Made by a program: the position numbers and the translations under genes. 64,000 bases of DNA from Eledone cirrhosa (taxonomy: Eukaryota). Below, one piece after another: positions 36,518 to 51,168 of the stretch. Positions within the stretch are counted from its first letter, which is position 1, and each line of letters opens with the position of its first letter. A model generated the notes under the pieces. It was not told the origin of the DNA. It searched no databases and saw only the letters and a list, made by a program, of their open reading frames with translations. Location of the stretch: positions 343,356,001 through 343,420,000 of the forward strand of contig OZ024741.1 in the NCBI GenBank assembly GCA_964016885.1. Reading direction: 5' to 3'.

Positions 36518-39229
36518 CTAACAGTGCTGCGATCTAATGTGGCTTTTTAGCCCAGCCAATGATCTAAAATGTCTTGCACAGAGTCGGCAACCAAAACATT
36601 CACTGGGAATAGTCGGCTGTGGTTGGAGTTCGTGTACTTTTGCATGTCGCTTGAGCCCTCCACATGTTTGGCAAGCATGATGAGTAGCATCTCCAACAGC
36701 AGCCTGGTAGTCAACCACTGGTCTTACTTTATGACTGCGAAGATGATTTTCGAGTCCAGCTTTGCTTAGGCAGAGTCTCGCACAGACGCTGCATTTCAGC
36801 ACCATAGGAGGACCCTTGCCGCCTGGAAGTGCAACAGCAATGGCCTTCTTCACATCCCGCTTTACTTTCTCGTGTGCGATTCGAGATGCCTCAAAGGCAA
36901 CTTTTCCCTCATATACAGTCTTTCTCCATTTATTACGATCAGCAGCAACATTTTCCCATGTATCAGCAGAGATGTTAGCGTCTTTCAGAGAGGCTTTCAA
37001 GGAATCCATATACCTCTTTTTTGGTTTATGTGGCGGTCGTTTTCCTTTAACCAACTCTCCATAGAAGAGTTGTTTTGGTATTCTAGAATCCTTCATCCTG
37101 GTAAGGTGACCACTCCAACGGAGTCGTTGCTTAAGCACAAGAGCTTCTATACTGTCACACATAGAGCTTTCCAAAATCTCGACATCACTGATGTGGTCCC
37201 TCCAGTGAACGCCATGGATCCGTCTGAGACACATCTGATGGAAACGCTCCAATTGCTTAAGGTGGTGTCGATATGTGACCCAGGTCTCGCAGGCATAAAG
37301 AAGACAAGAGAGTACACATGCCCTGTACACCTTTACCTTTGTCCTCCTGCATATGTCTCGCCGACCCCAGAGTTGCCTTTCTAGCTTTCCGAAAGCATCA
37401 CTTGCTTTCCTAATCCTAAGTGAGATTTCACTGTCAAGGTTGCCGTATCGATTGACAATGCTTCCCAGGTAGACAAACTGATCAACCACTCCAAGTCGTT
37501 TGCCATACACATAGATGTTTGGTTCAGTGTACTGCTTACTAGGGGCAGGTTGGTACATGACGACGGTTTTCTTGAGACTGACAGTCAAACCCAGGGCAGT
37601 GCAAGCATCAGAAAATGCATTCAAAATGTGCTGCATATCACTCTCTGTGTGCGCTACATGATTGCAATCATCTGCATACAAGAGGTCTCTTATGATTGAT
37701 GTAAATACTTTTGTCTTCGCAGCAAAGCGCCTGATATTAAATATGCTGCCTGAGGTTCGATATCGGATGTAAACACCATGCTCGCAATTCCTGAATGCAA
37801 TACAGAAAACCATTGCAAAGTATATGGCAAAGAGGGTCGGTGCTGGAATATCCCCCTGTTTCACTCCATTTTTTACTGAGATAGGCTCCGACATGTTACC
37901 TCCGACATTAACCCAAGCCTTCATGTCGTCATGGAAAGACCTAACTAAAGCAAGGAACTTATCAGGGCAACCAAGTTTCTGGAGAACCTTCCATAATGCA
38001 TCTCTGTTGACAGTATCGAAAGCCTTTGTCAGATCGACAAAAACCTTATACAGATCCAAGCCTTGTTCAATGCACTTCTCCTGGAGCTGTCTAGCTGAGA
38101 AGATCATATCAGTAGTGCCGCGTCCAGCACGAAAACCAGATTGACTTTCAGGAAGAACACAATCTGCAATGTGTGTCAGCAGACGGTCCAGAAGCACCCT
38201 ACATAAAACTTTCCCTACGACAGAAAGCAATGATATACCTCTGTAGTTCCCACAATCATTCCTGTTACCCTTTCCCTTGTACAAGACCACCATTACTGCA
38301 TCTCTCCAGTCCCCAGGTACGGATTCATTAGCCCATATCCTTCCAAACAAAGAGTGCAGATGTTGCAGGAGTCTCTCACCACCATATTGTAGGAGCTCAG
38401 TATGTATGCCATCCATACCTGGAGATCTTCCACTGTTCAGCTTCGAAATAGCCACTGCAACCTCCACAAGCGTTGAAGGTTCTGCGAGAGCTACTTTCAC
38501 AGGACTTTCTGGAATGAGATTGAGGAAATCTTCACTGACGACAGGCGGCTGATTCAAAAGATCATCAAAGTGCTCTCGCCACCTTCGTAGAATTCCCTGT
38601 GAGTCACGAAGAAGCTCTTTGCCATCCTTGCTGCGAAGCGGTGTCACCAGAGAAGAAGACGGTCCATAAACCTCACGCAAGAGACTGTACAACAGCTTTG
38701 TGTTATTGGAATCAGACGCAGTTTGTATCTCACCTGTCTTCTCACTCCACCACTGATCCTTCATCTGAGAAAGACTCCGCCTAACACGTGATTTTACTTC
38801 CCTGAGCTCCTCATGCAACGTATTCCTCTCCTGTGGTTTTGCCGTCAAGTAGCGTGACAGAGCACGCCTCTTATCAGCCAACAAGTCTTCTATATGTACA
38901 TCATTCTCATTAAACCAGTCCTGATGTTTTCTCTGCACCAATCCCAGAACACGCCTGCCTACATCATAAACCGACTTTTTAAGGGTCGGCCAATCCTCAC
39001 CAAGATCTGCAGCCTGCATCTCTTCTTCCACTGTCCTCTTCACATTTTTATCCTTAAGACGAGCAGCATTCAATCTTTTGGGCAGGGCAACACCAAGAGC
39101 CCGGATTTTACGTTTGGTGATTAGTTTCACTTTTGCGCGTACCAGGCGGTGGTCCGTCCAGCATTCAGCTCCACGAAGAACACGAACACACTGCACATCC
39201 TGACTAGGACGTAGTCCAAAAGATGCCAT
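36518..39229 (-). CDS. RTE reverse transcriptase plus C-terminal C2H2 zinc fingers (903 aa open frame)
   Basis: Uninterrupted ORF with GVKQGD and LYADD; out of frame with the upstream APE segment. Confidence 0.8.
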   Translation of the reverse strand: MASFGLRPSQDVQCVRVLRGAECWTDHRLVRAKVKLITKRKIRALGVALPKRLNAARLKDKNVKRTVEEEMQAADLGEDWPTLKKSVYDVGRRVLGLVQRKHQDWFNENDVHIEDLLADKRRALSRYLTAKPQERNTLHEELREVKSRVRRSLSQMKDQWWSEKTGEIQTASDSNNTKLLYSLLREVYGPSSSLVTPLRSKDGKELLRDSQGILRRWREHFDDLLNQPPVVSEDFLNLIPESPVKVALAEPSTLVEVAVAISKLNSGRSPGMDGIHTELLQYGGERLLQHLHSLFGRIWANESVPGDWRDAVMVVLYKGKGNRNDCGNYRGISLLSVVGKVLCRVLLDRLLTHIADCVLPESQSGFRAGRGTTDMIFSARQLQEKCIEQGLDLYKVFVDLTKAFDTVNRDALWKVLQKLGCPDKFLALVRSFHDDMKAWVNVGGNMSEPISVKNGVKQGDIPAPTLFAIYFAMVFCIAFRNCEHGVYIRYRTSGSIFNIRRFAAKTKVFTSIIRDLLYADDCNHVAHTESDMQHILNAFSDACTALGLTVSLKKTVVMYQPAPSKQYTEPNIYVYGKRLGVVDQFVYLGSIVNRYGNLDSEISLRIRKASDAFGKLERQLWGRRDICRRTKVKVYRACVLSCLLYACETWVTYRHHLKQLERFHQMCLRRIHGVHWRDHISDVEILESSMCDSIEALVLKQRLRWSGHLTRMKDSRIPKQLFYGELVKGKRPPHKPKKRYMDSLKASLKDANISADTWENVAADRNKWRKTVYEGKVAFEASRIAHEKVKRDVKKAIAVALPGGKGPPMVLKCSVCARLCLSKAGLENHLRSHKVRPVVDYQAAVGDATHHACQTCGGLKRHAKVHELQPQPTIPSECFGCRLCARHFRSLAGLKSHIRSQHC

Positions 39230-39249
39230 TCCTTAGATGCAGGATGCAT

Positions 39250-40026
39250 CTATGTGGTCTTGAATTTGTTCTTTTGTTGGAAGATGGTGTTGGTAACACA
39301 CAGATCCAGCTTCTCACACATCTGCCGCAGGAGTATACCATTGCTGTTACACTTTCCCACCCCATGCCTTCCGATTACATTCCATGTGTTAAAATCCCTA
39401 CCCACTCTAGCATTAAAGTCACCAAGCACGATGACTTTGTCTGCCTGAGGGATATTTCTTAGAACACCTTTCAAGGCATGGTAAAAGGACAGTTTTTCTT
39501 CATCGACAGAATTCATAGTTGGAGCATACACACTCACCAGGGTAGCATATCTTCCTTTGTCCAGCGGAACTCTCATGGACATAAGACGCTCACTAATCCC
39601 TACTGGGAATTCTTCTAATTTATTCACAAGTACAGTCTTAACAGCAAATCCTACCCCAGCCTCTCTTCTGGTTCCTTCATCTCTTCCTTTCCAGAAGAAT
39701 GTATATTCTCCACAAAATTCCGTAAGATGACCATCTCCAGCTAACCTCGTCTCAGATAAAGCCACGATGTCAAGATCGTAACGTCGAAGCTCCTTTGCAA
39801 CAAGAGCGGTCCTTCGTTCAGGACGCTCCAAGGAATCCTTGTCAAGCAGCGTCCGTACGTTCCAGCAGCCAAGACTAAATGCCTTGTTTGGCTCTATTAC
39901 AATGGCACGATGGCGAGCGGGCCCAGGCTGTGATAACCTGGGGCCCCTGCCCTTATTGCCAATGATCTTTTTTGTTCCAGAACCTAAATTGCCAATTATC
40001 TCTTTTATATTGTTCTGGAACATCAT
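39250..40026 (-). pseudogene. RTE apurinic-like endonuclease domain
   Basis: CWNVRTL, LSETR, VYAPT, GDFNA; ends at a TGG>TAG stop in the TWMH motif. Confidence 0.85.
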
Positions 40027-40551
40027 TGAATTGGAAAAAAAAAAAAAAAAAAAAAAAAAAAGGTAATAATAATAGTAATAATAATAATAATAATAATAAT
40101 AGTACACTATTAATAATTATTAATGCACTCGTGCAATGCCTGTGCGTGACGAATATTTTTAAAGTGAGGAAAGACTGTGCACTGAGCCAATCCCACTCTC
40201 TGAGTGACAGTAGCTATAACCCGAAAAGAAAAAAAGATCAACATCATCGGTAACTACTGAGCCGCAGGTTTTATATCGGAGTTAACCCAGTTTACTGAGA
40301 TGCCTTCTCCTAGAAGAATGCCCTGACAAGGGCTAGGGGTTCTTCACTCCCAGTGGTTTAACTGCGCGATCGGGCATCCAGCCCGATTATTTCTATGCCC
40401 CGCGCAAAAAAAAAACAAAAAAAACAAAACAAAAATAAAACTCACTTATTGACACTTATACGTACGACATACACACACACGCATACATATGCGCGCGCAC
40501 AGCAACACATACATGCAAACAAACACACACACACGCTACTCTACTCACACG

Positions 40552-40630
<79 letters not shown>

Positions 40631-41507
40631 CCGTCATTACTGATACAAGATTACAAGATTATGTCAACTGTTGACTTTCAAGAGTTTGTATGGTTGAAGC
40701 CGATCGTATTACAGTCCAGTATTATTATAATTGCTTTACAGCATAGAGTTATGGCTCTCCACGCTCTGAGCTCAAATCCCGCCGAGATCAACCTTGCCCC
40801 TCATCCCCACGGAGTCAACAAAAGAGAGTACCAGTGATGCGCTGGCCAGTCGCTGGATCCGTGCCAAAAGCAGAAAAATTATTATTAAAGTTGTTTTCTT
40901 AAGGCCCGGTCGCTGGTGATGGCGGCGGCGGTGGCGGTGGTGGAGGTGGTGGCAGTTGATGTTGTTGTTGTGTTGTGTGCGTGTGTGTGTGTGTTTTGTT
41001 ATTTTGAGTTTGTTTGTTGTTTTTTTTCCCTTTTCTTTTCTTTTCTTTTCCCTTCCTTTTTTTATGTTTTGATGCCGGTGTTGTTGTTGTAGATGTTGGG
41101 GTTGAAATCTGGTCGTTTGACTGAGTGATGTATATACATACATATTCATATACACACATATATATATATATATACACATTCAACAGAGAGTAGAGAGTTT
41201 GACAACAAGTCGATGACTTTAGTCTAGATAGGATATGGTATGGTAATGACATGTGATGGTATATGTATATGAGGAAGCTTATAGATAGGACAACACACGC
41301 TGTCTTTTCGTGGGGTAAGTTTTTAATTAATTTTTGTATTCTGAAACATCAAAATACAACAATTTTTGGTCACTGGACTCGGAAATGTCACGACAGAAGT
41401 TTGTGGAAGTTACACAAATATTTTAGTATATTTTAGCAGAACATACATACATACATACATACATACATACATACATACATACATACATACATACATACAT
41501 ACATACA

Positions 41508-43295
41508 TTATTAAGGCTTTACAGTTAGCCAAAGTCCCACAACCACTGGTAGCTGCTGTTGAACGCCTGACCAAGAACTGGTACACCAATTTGATCCTTA
41601 GAGGTGAGAAGGAGCAAGTTAAGACTGATAAGATACATTACCAGAGGGCATCTTTCAGGGTGATAGCTTGTCAGTGCTACTCTTCGTTCTCTCATTAAAT
41701 CCACTATCTTACCTACTCAGGAAACAAGGTGGACAAAGAAGTGGATCCAAAAGTATCTCCCATCTTTTCTTTGTTGATGACCTGAAGTTGTATGGGCCAA
41801 ATATCAATGACATCAAGAAACAATTGGACCTCATTACACAATTTTCAACAGACATCAAAATGAAATTTGGTGAGTCCAAGTGTGCATATTTGGCAGTAAA
41901 ACGTGGAAGAGCTGTGCCCTCCTCTAGAAATCTATAGATGAACGGCCTGACAATACAACCTCTACAGTCAGGTGACAACTACAGATATCTTGGACAGGAT
42001 GAGAATGTCAGATATGATGGACCCATAAATAAGGAGAGAACTAGAACTGAATACCTCAGAAGAGTAAAGAAAATATGGTCATCAGAACTGTCAGCGTACA
42101 ACAAATACATTGCCCACAATACTTATGCTGTGCCAATTCTAACGCCAACATTTGACCTGCTGAACTTGTCATTGCAAGAACTAAGTGAGATGGATGTTAG
42201 AACTCGCAAACTTCTCAGTGTTACTGGGAACTTTAACATCAATGGTGATGTGGATAGGCTATACTTCTCACGCAAGGAAGGTGGCCGGGTCTAAAATCCA
42301 TATTAACAACATATGGGACCCGGATAGTAACACTGAAGCAACACCTTCAAGAGAGGAAAAAGGTTGGCAACCATCTTGCCCAGGTTTATGAGCATAAAAA
42401 AAAATCACTAGAATAGCGACTGATGTGGAGGAGAGATATGGAATAAAGCCTGATATAAATCTCTCACCCAGAGAAATCGGAAGATCCTATTCAATGTTCA
42501 AACAAGATGAAAAAATTGACTAATTTACAGAAAAAGTTGTGCATGGATACTTGAAACGTAAAACACAGACCATAGAGGGGATAAACCACTCAAAAAGCCT
42601 GGCATGGAGTTCCGACAAGTTTATGACATCACACCTTGAGTGATATCTCTATGCAATACAGGAACAAGAACTCCCTACCAAATATCTGCTGCACAAAGGG
42701 GGAGCGCCAGCAGCTGACAATAAATGTAGGCTATGTAAAACATTGATCGAGGATGTAAGCCACATTGTTGCCAGCTGCGAAAGAATGTCATCTCGCTACT
42801 ACCTCCCATGAGACACGATGGGATAGCTAGAACCATCTGGAACGCACTTCGGAAAACAAAATTAACAACAAACGAGGAAGAATATATTGAGACAGATGGC
42901 ACTAAGAAATACTGGTGGAACCTGAAAATAAAAACTGCCACCAAATTAAAGCACAACCGGACTGATATTGTTGTTTGGGCCCACACATTGAAAACGTATT
43001 CTGTTGTGGAGATCAGCTGCCCACTCGATGTAAACGTTGTCAGAAAAATACAGGAGAAGGAGGACATCTACGGACCATTGATGAGGAGTTTACAAATCCA
43101 GTATCCAAGATACACCTTTAGCTTCATACCCATCATTATTGGAGCTACGGGTTATATACCAACCCGCTTGGACCAAAGTATGACTGAATTTGGATTTGCG
43201 GACAAAAAGCGCAACTCCCTAATTCATAGTCTACAAATGGCTGCGATAGCTGGCACCTTCAAAATTTGCAAAACATTCTTGCGATTCAAGGGATG
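41508..43295 (+). mobile_element. R4/Dong-like LINE, third lineage, 5'-truncated
   Basis: SHLFFVDDLKLY, YRYLGQDE, HNRTDIVVW...VVEISCP; starts at (TACA)n. Confidence 0.85.
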
Positions 43296-43395
43296 ACAAT
43301 TTCTTTTCTTTTACAACCTTGCCACCAGGAAGGTGGCCGGTCAAAAAAATATACTCGGCATTAAGAGAAAGAGACACATATATACATTAACACGA

Positions 43396-43831
<436 letters not shown>

Positions 43832-43844
43832 TACACACACACAG

Positions 43845-43923
<79 letters not shown>

Positions 43924-44056
43924 TATACATATATATATTTTTTTTGTCAATATATATATACATATATATACACATATGTATATATATGTTAGGTAATTCC
44001 GAAGGAAAAAGCGAAGGAAAAAAGAGTGCTCTATGTATAGAACAGAGCTATTTAAT

Positions 44057-44117
<61 letters not shown>

Positions 44118-44508
44118 GTATATCAGCATATAGAAAGATGTACACATAGAGACATGTGTTCAATCATAGGGGATAAAAAACCCCACTAAAGTGATGAACA
44201 TATTGTCTACGAAAGGAAAGGTGAATACAAAACATTTAAAATAATTAAAGTGTACTAACCATCCAATAATAACTGTGAGACCCGGACATGTTCAAATTAG
44301 AGTATGTTTCGCCACAAAAAGTGAAGAATACATATTATAGATAGCTCATCGGCAGGTTGAGCTCATTAAATTATAGGGGCTTCATGTGAGTCTTTAACGC
44401 CGTTTTCTTATTTGATATATATATTTACATATATATATTTTAATATGATGATAATAATAAAGGCAAGTTATTTAATATATTTCTTTCATTATTTTACAAT
44501 CGTTGTAT

Positions 44509-44700
44509 GACGGTTGATTGGCAGTATCGGTAGAGGGCCGGACACCATGCTTTGACGCATAGAGTTACGGCCCTTGCCATTCTGAGTTCAAATCCCGCCG
44601 AGGTTAACTTTGCCTTTCTTCCTTACGGGGTCGATAAAATAAAGTACCAGTAATGCACTCGGATATTTGCTGACCTTGTGTCAAAAGTAGAAACAATTAT
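44509..44700 (+). mobile_element. SINE S1
   Basis: Full S1 body. Confidence 0.92.
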
Positions 44701-46254
44701 TGATATATTGACTGATCTATAGTAGTTACAGAACTGTATACTATCAGACATAATATATAGGTTCGATCATACCGTCTTCTTCGGAAACAATGAAGTTAGA
44801 ATCTTTATTGGTAGTATATAAACAGGGTAGATATAAGAATAGACATAACATATAAATAAATAATCCAGATTGCCTCTTTTGATTGATAAAGATAGTGGAA
44901 GGAGTGTTTTAGGAACTTATCCCCACTATCATTGAAGGAGTAAGTGGACAGATGAAGCAGAAAGAGAAGAAGAGGTAGAATAAGAGGGATAGAAGAAGAA
45001 GAAAAATAAGAAGTAGAAGAAGAGGTAGAAGTAGAAAAAGACTCTTAAGAAAAGGGAGATAAGAGGATAAACAAATTGTGAGTGTATTGTACGAGGTGTA
45101 ATGAATCCTCGGAGAAATGAAAGAAAGCAGTGGCTAAGTTCTAGAGTAATTGTGTGTGGTAAATATTTGATTTATGGTATCTTGAGGTTCAGGCTGAAAG
45201 TAAAAGACAAGATACCTATAGAAGGGCAAGATAGGTTAGATATAGTTAAAATGTCTTAATTGAGTGATGTTAAACATTTGGTTGATAATAAACAAATCTG
45301 ATTTTACATAGGTGTTCTAATTTAGATAGAGGGAAATTATTTGATTATTATACAAGTTTATTAGATTAATTCAGAAGTTATTGTATTGCTAACTTGAGAA
45401 AGTAATATTTAATAAAACCCAATTTTGCAGGCATACCTTGTTTCTTAATCCAGATTATATATGTATACATAAGTACATATATGGTAAGAAAACATTTTTT
45501 TTTTTCAAATCCAATGATGATTTAGGATAGCTAATAAAGTTTGGAGGGGAAGAAGTTTGGATAGAGGAAGATCTCTGGATCTCACTGAATTACTTGCTAA
45601 CGGATTACATATTGAGTCTATTGAGTTGATTATATATATATATATATCCGCAGAAGCTAAAGAACACAAGACTTGTTGAAGAAGGAAATCCTTTGTTTTG
45701 TCGTCAAAGACCATTAACTTCCGCCTATGTCCAGGTCAGTCTAAAATCTTTTCCTGAGTCCAACAATTTTCGTTGCTATGGCAATGCGGCTGGACTGCCG
45801 ATCGCTATATTTCATATGCAAAGCTGTCTAAACGTATTATTATTACTCTGGGGTACTATTCCCTATCGAATGCTAAAGCTACATACCGAATTTACATTCG
45901 TTAGCTTGGCCGCAAACTAAAGCTTCGTTAATGCTGTACTAAAATTTGTATATATATATATATATATACATATACATTTCACTCGATGAACAAGCAAGTT
46001 TCTTCCTGATTGTGAACACTTTTATTTTATTAAGTAGAGTGATATGTACTGTGAGCACGAAAGTGTCTTAAGTCCAGACACAGATCGAAAGGATTTTGTT
46101 AGCAACTTTTGCAGTCCAGTTTATGAGGTACTAATGGCAACATTTTCTTTAACGAACCATCCTTAGCTCTCTGTATTTTATAATGTTTCTTAGGGCCTCG
46201 ACTTGTATCATTTCTGGCAAATATATATAATAAAAAAGAAGCTATTTCTTCGTC

Positions 46255-47512
46255 TGATAGGTCATACCCTCGGCTACTGGGACAAACAGGGAGATCCTTT
46301 GGGACCCCTCCTGCTCGCCCTTGGTATTGACCACATCGCCCGGAGTATCACGGCCCCTCTCAACGTTTGGTATCTGGATTATGCTACGTTGGGCGGGCCC
46401 GTACGGGCGGTCTGCCATGACCTTCAATCGTGCTACACCCAGACATCTCTCCTCGCTCACCTCAATACTTGTATCCGAGCAGCAGCCGAGGAGATATGCA
46501 ACGTCAAGTTTGACGACATAGGGTGGCAACAGGCCACTTTACCTGTCAGGTTTGGCGGCCTTGGCCACCCGTCCCCGATTTCACTAGCTTTGCCGGCGTA
46601 TCTTTCGTAAGTAACCTCGTGCCGCGTCCTCGTCAGCAGGGTTCTTCAATACACAACAGAACCCTCTGTGTTCAGAGAATGTGAGGCCGCTTGTGAGACG
46701 TGGGACCAGCTGGAGCCTAGCTGAGTAGACGTCCCTCTTCCTTCTCCCCCTGTTGACGTCAAGTCCCACCAACGCACTTGGGATGCTATCCAGTGCAGCC
46801 TGGCCTCAGACAGGCTCACGCGCCAGCTCGACCAGCTTATTTTCGTGCGGCCTCCAAACCACACAATGGTTCCTGGCTCCATGCCCTGCCTTCCTACTCC
46901 CCTGGACAACCATAGCCTGCGCATCGGCGTTTCTCTGAGGCTCGGCCTCCGGATCTGCCAGCCACACCAGTGTCGCTGCGGTTCCACCGTGGACTCTTTC
47001 GGCCTCCACCCGCTTTCCTGTCGCCACACTGTCGGCCACATTCCTCGCCATGCTGCCCTCAACGAGGTCATTAAGCATGGCTTGGACGCTGCAGGCTTCC
47101 ATTCCAAGCTCAAACCGGTGGGGCTGGCTGGAGGGGACGGCAAAAAGCTAGTTGGCATGACCATCTCCCCGTTCCACGGTGGCAAACCCCTCGTCTGGGA
47201 TGCCACTTGCACCGACACTTTCTGCAGCCGCAACCTGGTGCAGTCTGCGACTGACCCAGGTTCTGCTGCACATCGGGCTGAGGGGCCCAAACTCCTCAAA
47301 TATTCGTCGCTCTCCGACAGGTTTGCGGTCGTGCCCCTAACAATGGAGCCCCAGGGTTACCCCCTTACTCACCACCATAGGCGTTGAGCTGGCCAGCCGC
47401 AGGTGTGAGCCCCGCGAGTTGGTGTGGCTTTTCCAGCGCGTCTCCCTTGCCGTCCTTCGGTGAAACGCCTTCTCCATTCTGTCCGCCGGGGCTGTGGGTG
47501 GGCCCCACCGCG
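46255..47512 (+). mobile_element. CRE-like LINE fragment, internally deleted
   Basis: QGDPLGP, WYLD, CRCG...H...C, LVWDATC; GC-rich island. Confidence 0.8.
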
Positions 47513-47693
47513 ACTATTGTAGCTGTAGAAGAAACAGGAAGACATGTATGTAGAAAGAGAGGCAAAGAGAAAGACTGAAAAGTTGTTTTTGTTGTTGGGA
47601 AAGAGAAGCAGTGAGAAAGGGGATGTGTAAAAGAGAGGTGGCTAATGAGATCAGATTGAAAGTGATGACGACACAAGTAAACAAAGACTCACT

Positions 47694-47880
47694 ATAATTG
47701 TTTCTACTTTTGGCACAAGGGCAGCAATTATCCCAGTGCATTACTGGTACTTTATTTTATCGACCCTCTAAGGATGAAAGGCAAAGTTAACCTCGACGGG
47801 ATTTGAACTCATCAGACCGTAAAGGGACGTAACTATGCTGGAAAAACATGGCGTCCGACCCTCTACCGATACTGCCAATC
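47694..47880 (-). mobile_element. SINE S1
   Basis: S1 body flanked by ctataat repeats. Confidence 0.9.
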
Positions 47881-48371
47881 CTATAATGGCAGGTTGTTGG
47901 TAAACAAACAACGAGTCACTGTAAACACGAAGGAATACCTCAACCTCAAATATCTACTTTGTACTTCTAGAAAAAATGTTTTTGTGACTAATAATCTTAT
48001 TGGGCTATACAAAGTATTTCTAAGTATTTTCTGCACAGCATCCATTTACTGCTAAATCAAAAAGAAATATGTTCTTTATCCCCAGGTTGACATTGAATAG
48101 ACTTTTGATGAACAATACTCTAGTCGGCACATCCCCGACTTTTCTCTAGACGTACTGTATCCAGACTACAACGATCCCTTACTTGTGTAAAGATGTCATT
48201 TGAACGGGTCTGAGAAAAGGACTAGGAAGCGTGGGATGGACGGACAATGATTGCGTATCCCGAGACCCTAAAAGGGTTTGGAAGGGAGTAAATCGTAACC
48301 ATTTGAGCAATATTTAGTTGCTATTTCTAGCAGGTCAAGAGAATGGCCCCCTCATTGTCTCGAACTAAAAG

Positions 48372-49712
48372 GTATCTGGATGATGCTACGTTGGGCGTGC
48401 CCGTACGGACGGTGTGCAACGACCTTCTATCGGTGGTTCCTGCCCTGGCGGGAATCGGCCTCCAGGTAATCTCGGCCAAGTCGTCAGAGGTGGTGAATGT
48501 CAGCCTCGATGCTGTGAGCTTTGCAGCTTCCGTCTTGGACGAGTCGTCCATTCTCCACCAGGTTCAGGTGACCCCCAATGAGGATGTCCTCATCCTCGGG
48601 TCACCGATCCACCCGCCGGCTATCCGCTCCACCATCAGGTCCAGGCTTCAACAACTCCAGACTCTCACAAGCCGACTGGGTTTGATTGACGGCCACCCAG
48701 CTCTCTTTCTGTTGAGGAACTGCTCCGCCATGCCAAAGCTCCTCTATATCCCGAGCAGCGCTCCATGCTACACCCAGACATCTCTCCTCGCTGAGCTCGA
48801 TACTTGTATCCGAGCAGCAGGCGACGAGATATACAACTTCAAGTTTGACGACATAGGGTGAGACGTGGGACCGGCTGGGACCTAGCCCAGTAGACGTCCC
48901 TCCTCCTTCTCCCCCTGTTGACGTCAAGACCCTTCAACGCACTTGGATGCCATCCAGTGCAGCCTGGCCTCAGACAAGCTCACGCGCCAGCTTGACCAGC
49001 GCCGCCCTGCATGTTTTCGTGCGGCCTCCAACCCCCACAATGGTGCCTGGCCCCATGCCCTACCCTCCTTCTCCACTGGCACGCAACTAGACAACCATAG
49101 CCTGCGCATCGGCGTTTCTCTGAGGCTCGGCCTCCGGATCTGCCAGCCACATCAATGTCGCTGCGGTTCCACCGTGGACTCTTTCGGCCTCCACCCACTT
49201 TCCTGTCGCCACAGTGCTGGCCGCATTCCACGCCATGCTGCCCTTAACGAGGTCATTAAGCATGGCTTGGATGCGGCAGGCTTCCCTTCCCAGCTCGAAC
49301 CGGTGGGCTGGATTGAGGGGACGGCAAAAAGCTAGATGGCATGACCATCTCCCCGTTCCGCGGTGGCAAACCCCTCGTCTGGGATGCCACTTGCACCGAC
49401 ACTTTCTGCAGCCGCAACCCGGTGCAGTCTGCGACTGACCCAGGTTCTGCTGCATGTCGGACTGAGGGGCCCAAACTCCTCAAATACCGGTCGCTCTCCG
49501 ACAGGTTTGCGGTCGTACCCCTGGCAGTGGAGACTTCTGGTGTCTTCGGCCCCAGGGCTACCTCCTTTCTCACCACCATAGGCGCTGAGCTAGCCAGCCG
49601 CAGGTGTGAGCCCCGCGAGTTGGAGTGGGTTTTCCAGCGCGTCTCCCTTGCCGTCCTTCGGGGAAACGCCTTCTCCATTCTGTCCACCGGGGCTGTGGGT
49701 AGGCCCCACCGC
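48372..49712 (+). mobile_element. CRE-like LINE fragment, second copy
   Basis: YLDD, CRCG knuckle, PLAVETSGVFG, QRVSLAVLRGNA; similar to 46255-47512 with different deletions. Confidence 0.82.
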
Positions 49713-50000
49713 ATATCAGGCCGATGAATAAAGTACCAATCCGACATTGGTGTCGATTTCCCACCCACCTTTCCTCTCTATCCACACACACACACACATC
49801 TTTCCATTAATTGATTATGTATATAAATATATTACACAAATACTTCCAGTAATATAATCATTCATGCTTAAAAAACTAGCTTTTTTTATTTAATAAATGT
49901 ACATTTGAATTGGAAAAAAAAAAAAATTAGTTGTGTAAGCAAACAAACCAGTTGACATAGGAGAGAGAGAGAGAAAGAGAAAGAGAGAGACGGAGAGAGT

Positions 50001-50045
<45 letters not shown>

Positions 50046-50374
50046 CGAGAGAGAGAGAAAGAGCGTTTCTGTGTGTGTGTGATAGATAGATAGTTTAAAG
50101 TGTAATTCAACAATACGGTGACGTCATAATAAAAAAATATAGGTAACGTTTTCATTAGTAAAGTCAATCTAAATATTTTTATCGGCAGCGTAGCAAGAGG
50201 TTTCTACTAGTTACAAAAAAGTCTGTATTTAGATCATATGTAAATTCATTTGTATTACGCGACCTTAAATGGGATTTCAGACCCGCTTTTGATAAGCATA
50301 GCTTATAACAATGTAAACAAGGGAAACGTGTTAGGTCCTTATTTTCAAGAAGAGAGGATACGTTCTGTTATTTA

Positions 50375-50513
50375 CTTAGTAACTTTTGAAACAGCGAGCG
50401 AGTTTGAAATTAGAAACAGAAGCTTTCACCGTATTTTTGACTAAAGAAACTTTAGCCTGATAGTGGGATATAGAACTCTCTGAGAAATGGAAACAGATGA
50501 GTATTGACGTACA
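50375..50513 (-). mobile_element. Family T fragment
   Basis: Homologous to 1085-1231; ends at ...gagtattgacgtacat. Confidence 0.65.
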
Positions 50514-50927
50514 TTTATTTATTTATCTATTTATTTATTTTTCTTTTTTTTCTTTATTTATTTATTTATTGCGGAGCTCTAAGTTCAGTATGTCTAACAA
50601 CTTCATTCACACTTTCTTTTATTTTGCGTCCCCCAATCTATTCTGTTGTGATTATGCTCTTCCCAGTTGTTAAACTTATCTTCACTTTTTTCAGTGTTTC
50701 TTTTAAGGAATCTTTATATTGTTCCTTGGGTTTGTAGTGGTGTCTTTGTCCTAGCTTTAGTTCTCCGTAGAAAGGTCTTTATCACTGCGGTTATCAGAAA
50801 GACCCTATTAGCAACTAAGTGTAATCATTGACTGTTTCGAGCTTATGTCTGTTCCCTTGAGAACAACTGCATCTGGAGTGAGAGATTTCTAGGATGTGTC
50901 AAGGAATTTTCAATGCATGCACGCACG

Positions 50928-51018
<91 letters not shown>

Positions 51019-51046
51019 GTATATTCATGTGTATATATGTATGTAT

Positions 51047-51168
<122 letters not shown>

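Larger units (their letters stand above)
36151..40468 (-). mobile_element. RTE-clade LINE copy 2
   Basis: Collinear with and highly similar to 24521-28734, in the opposite orientation. Confidence 0.95.

Noticed and set aside
24521-40468. Inverted RTE pair as a giant TIR transposon
   Set aside because: Each copy has its own 3' tandem-repeat tail, there is no transposase, and similarity stops at the element ends.
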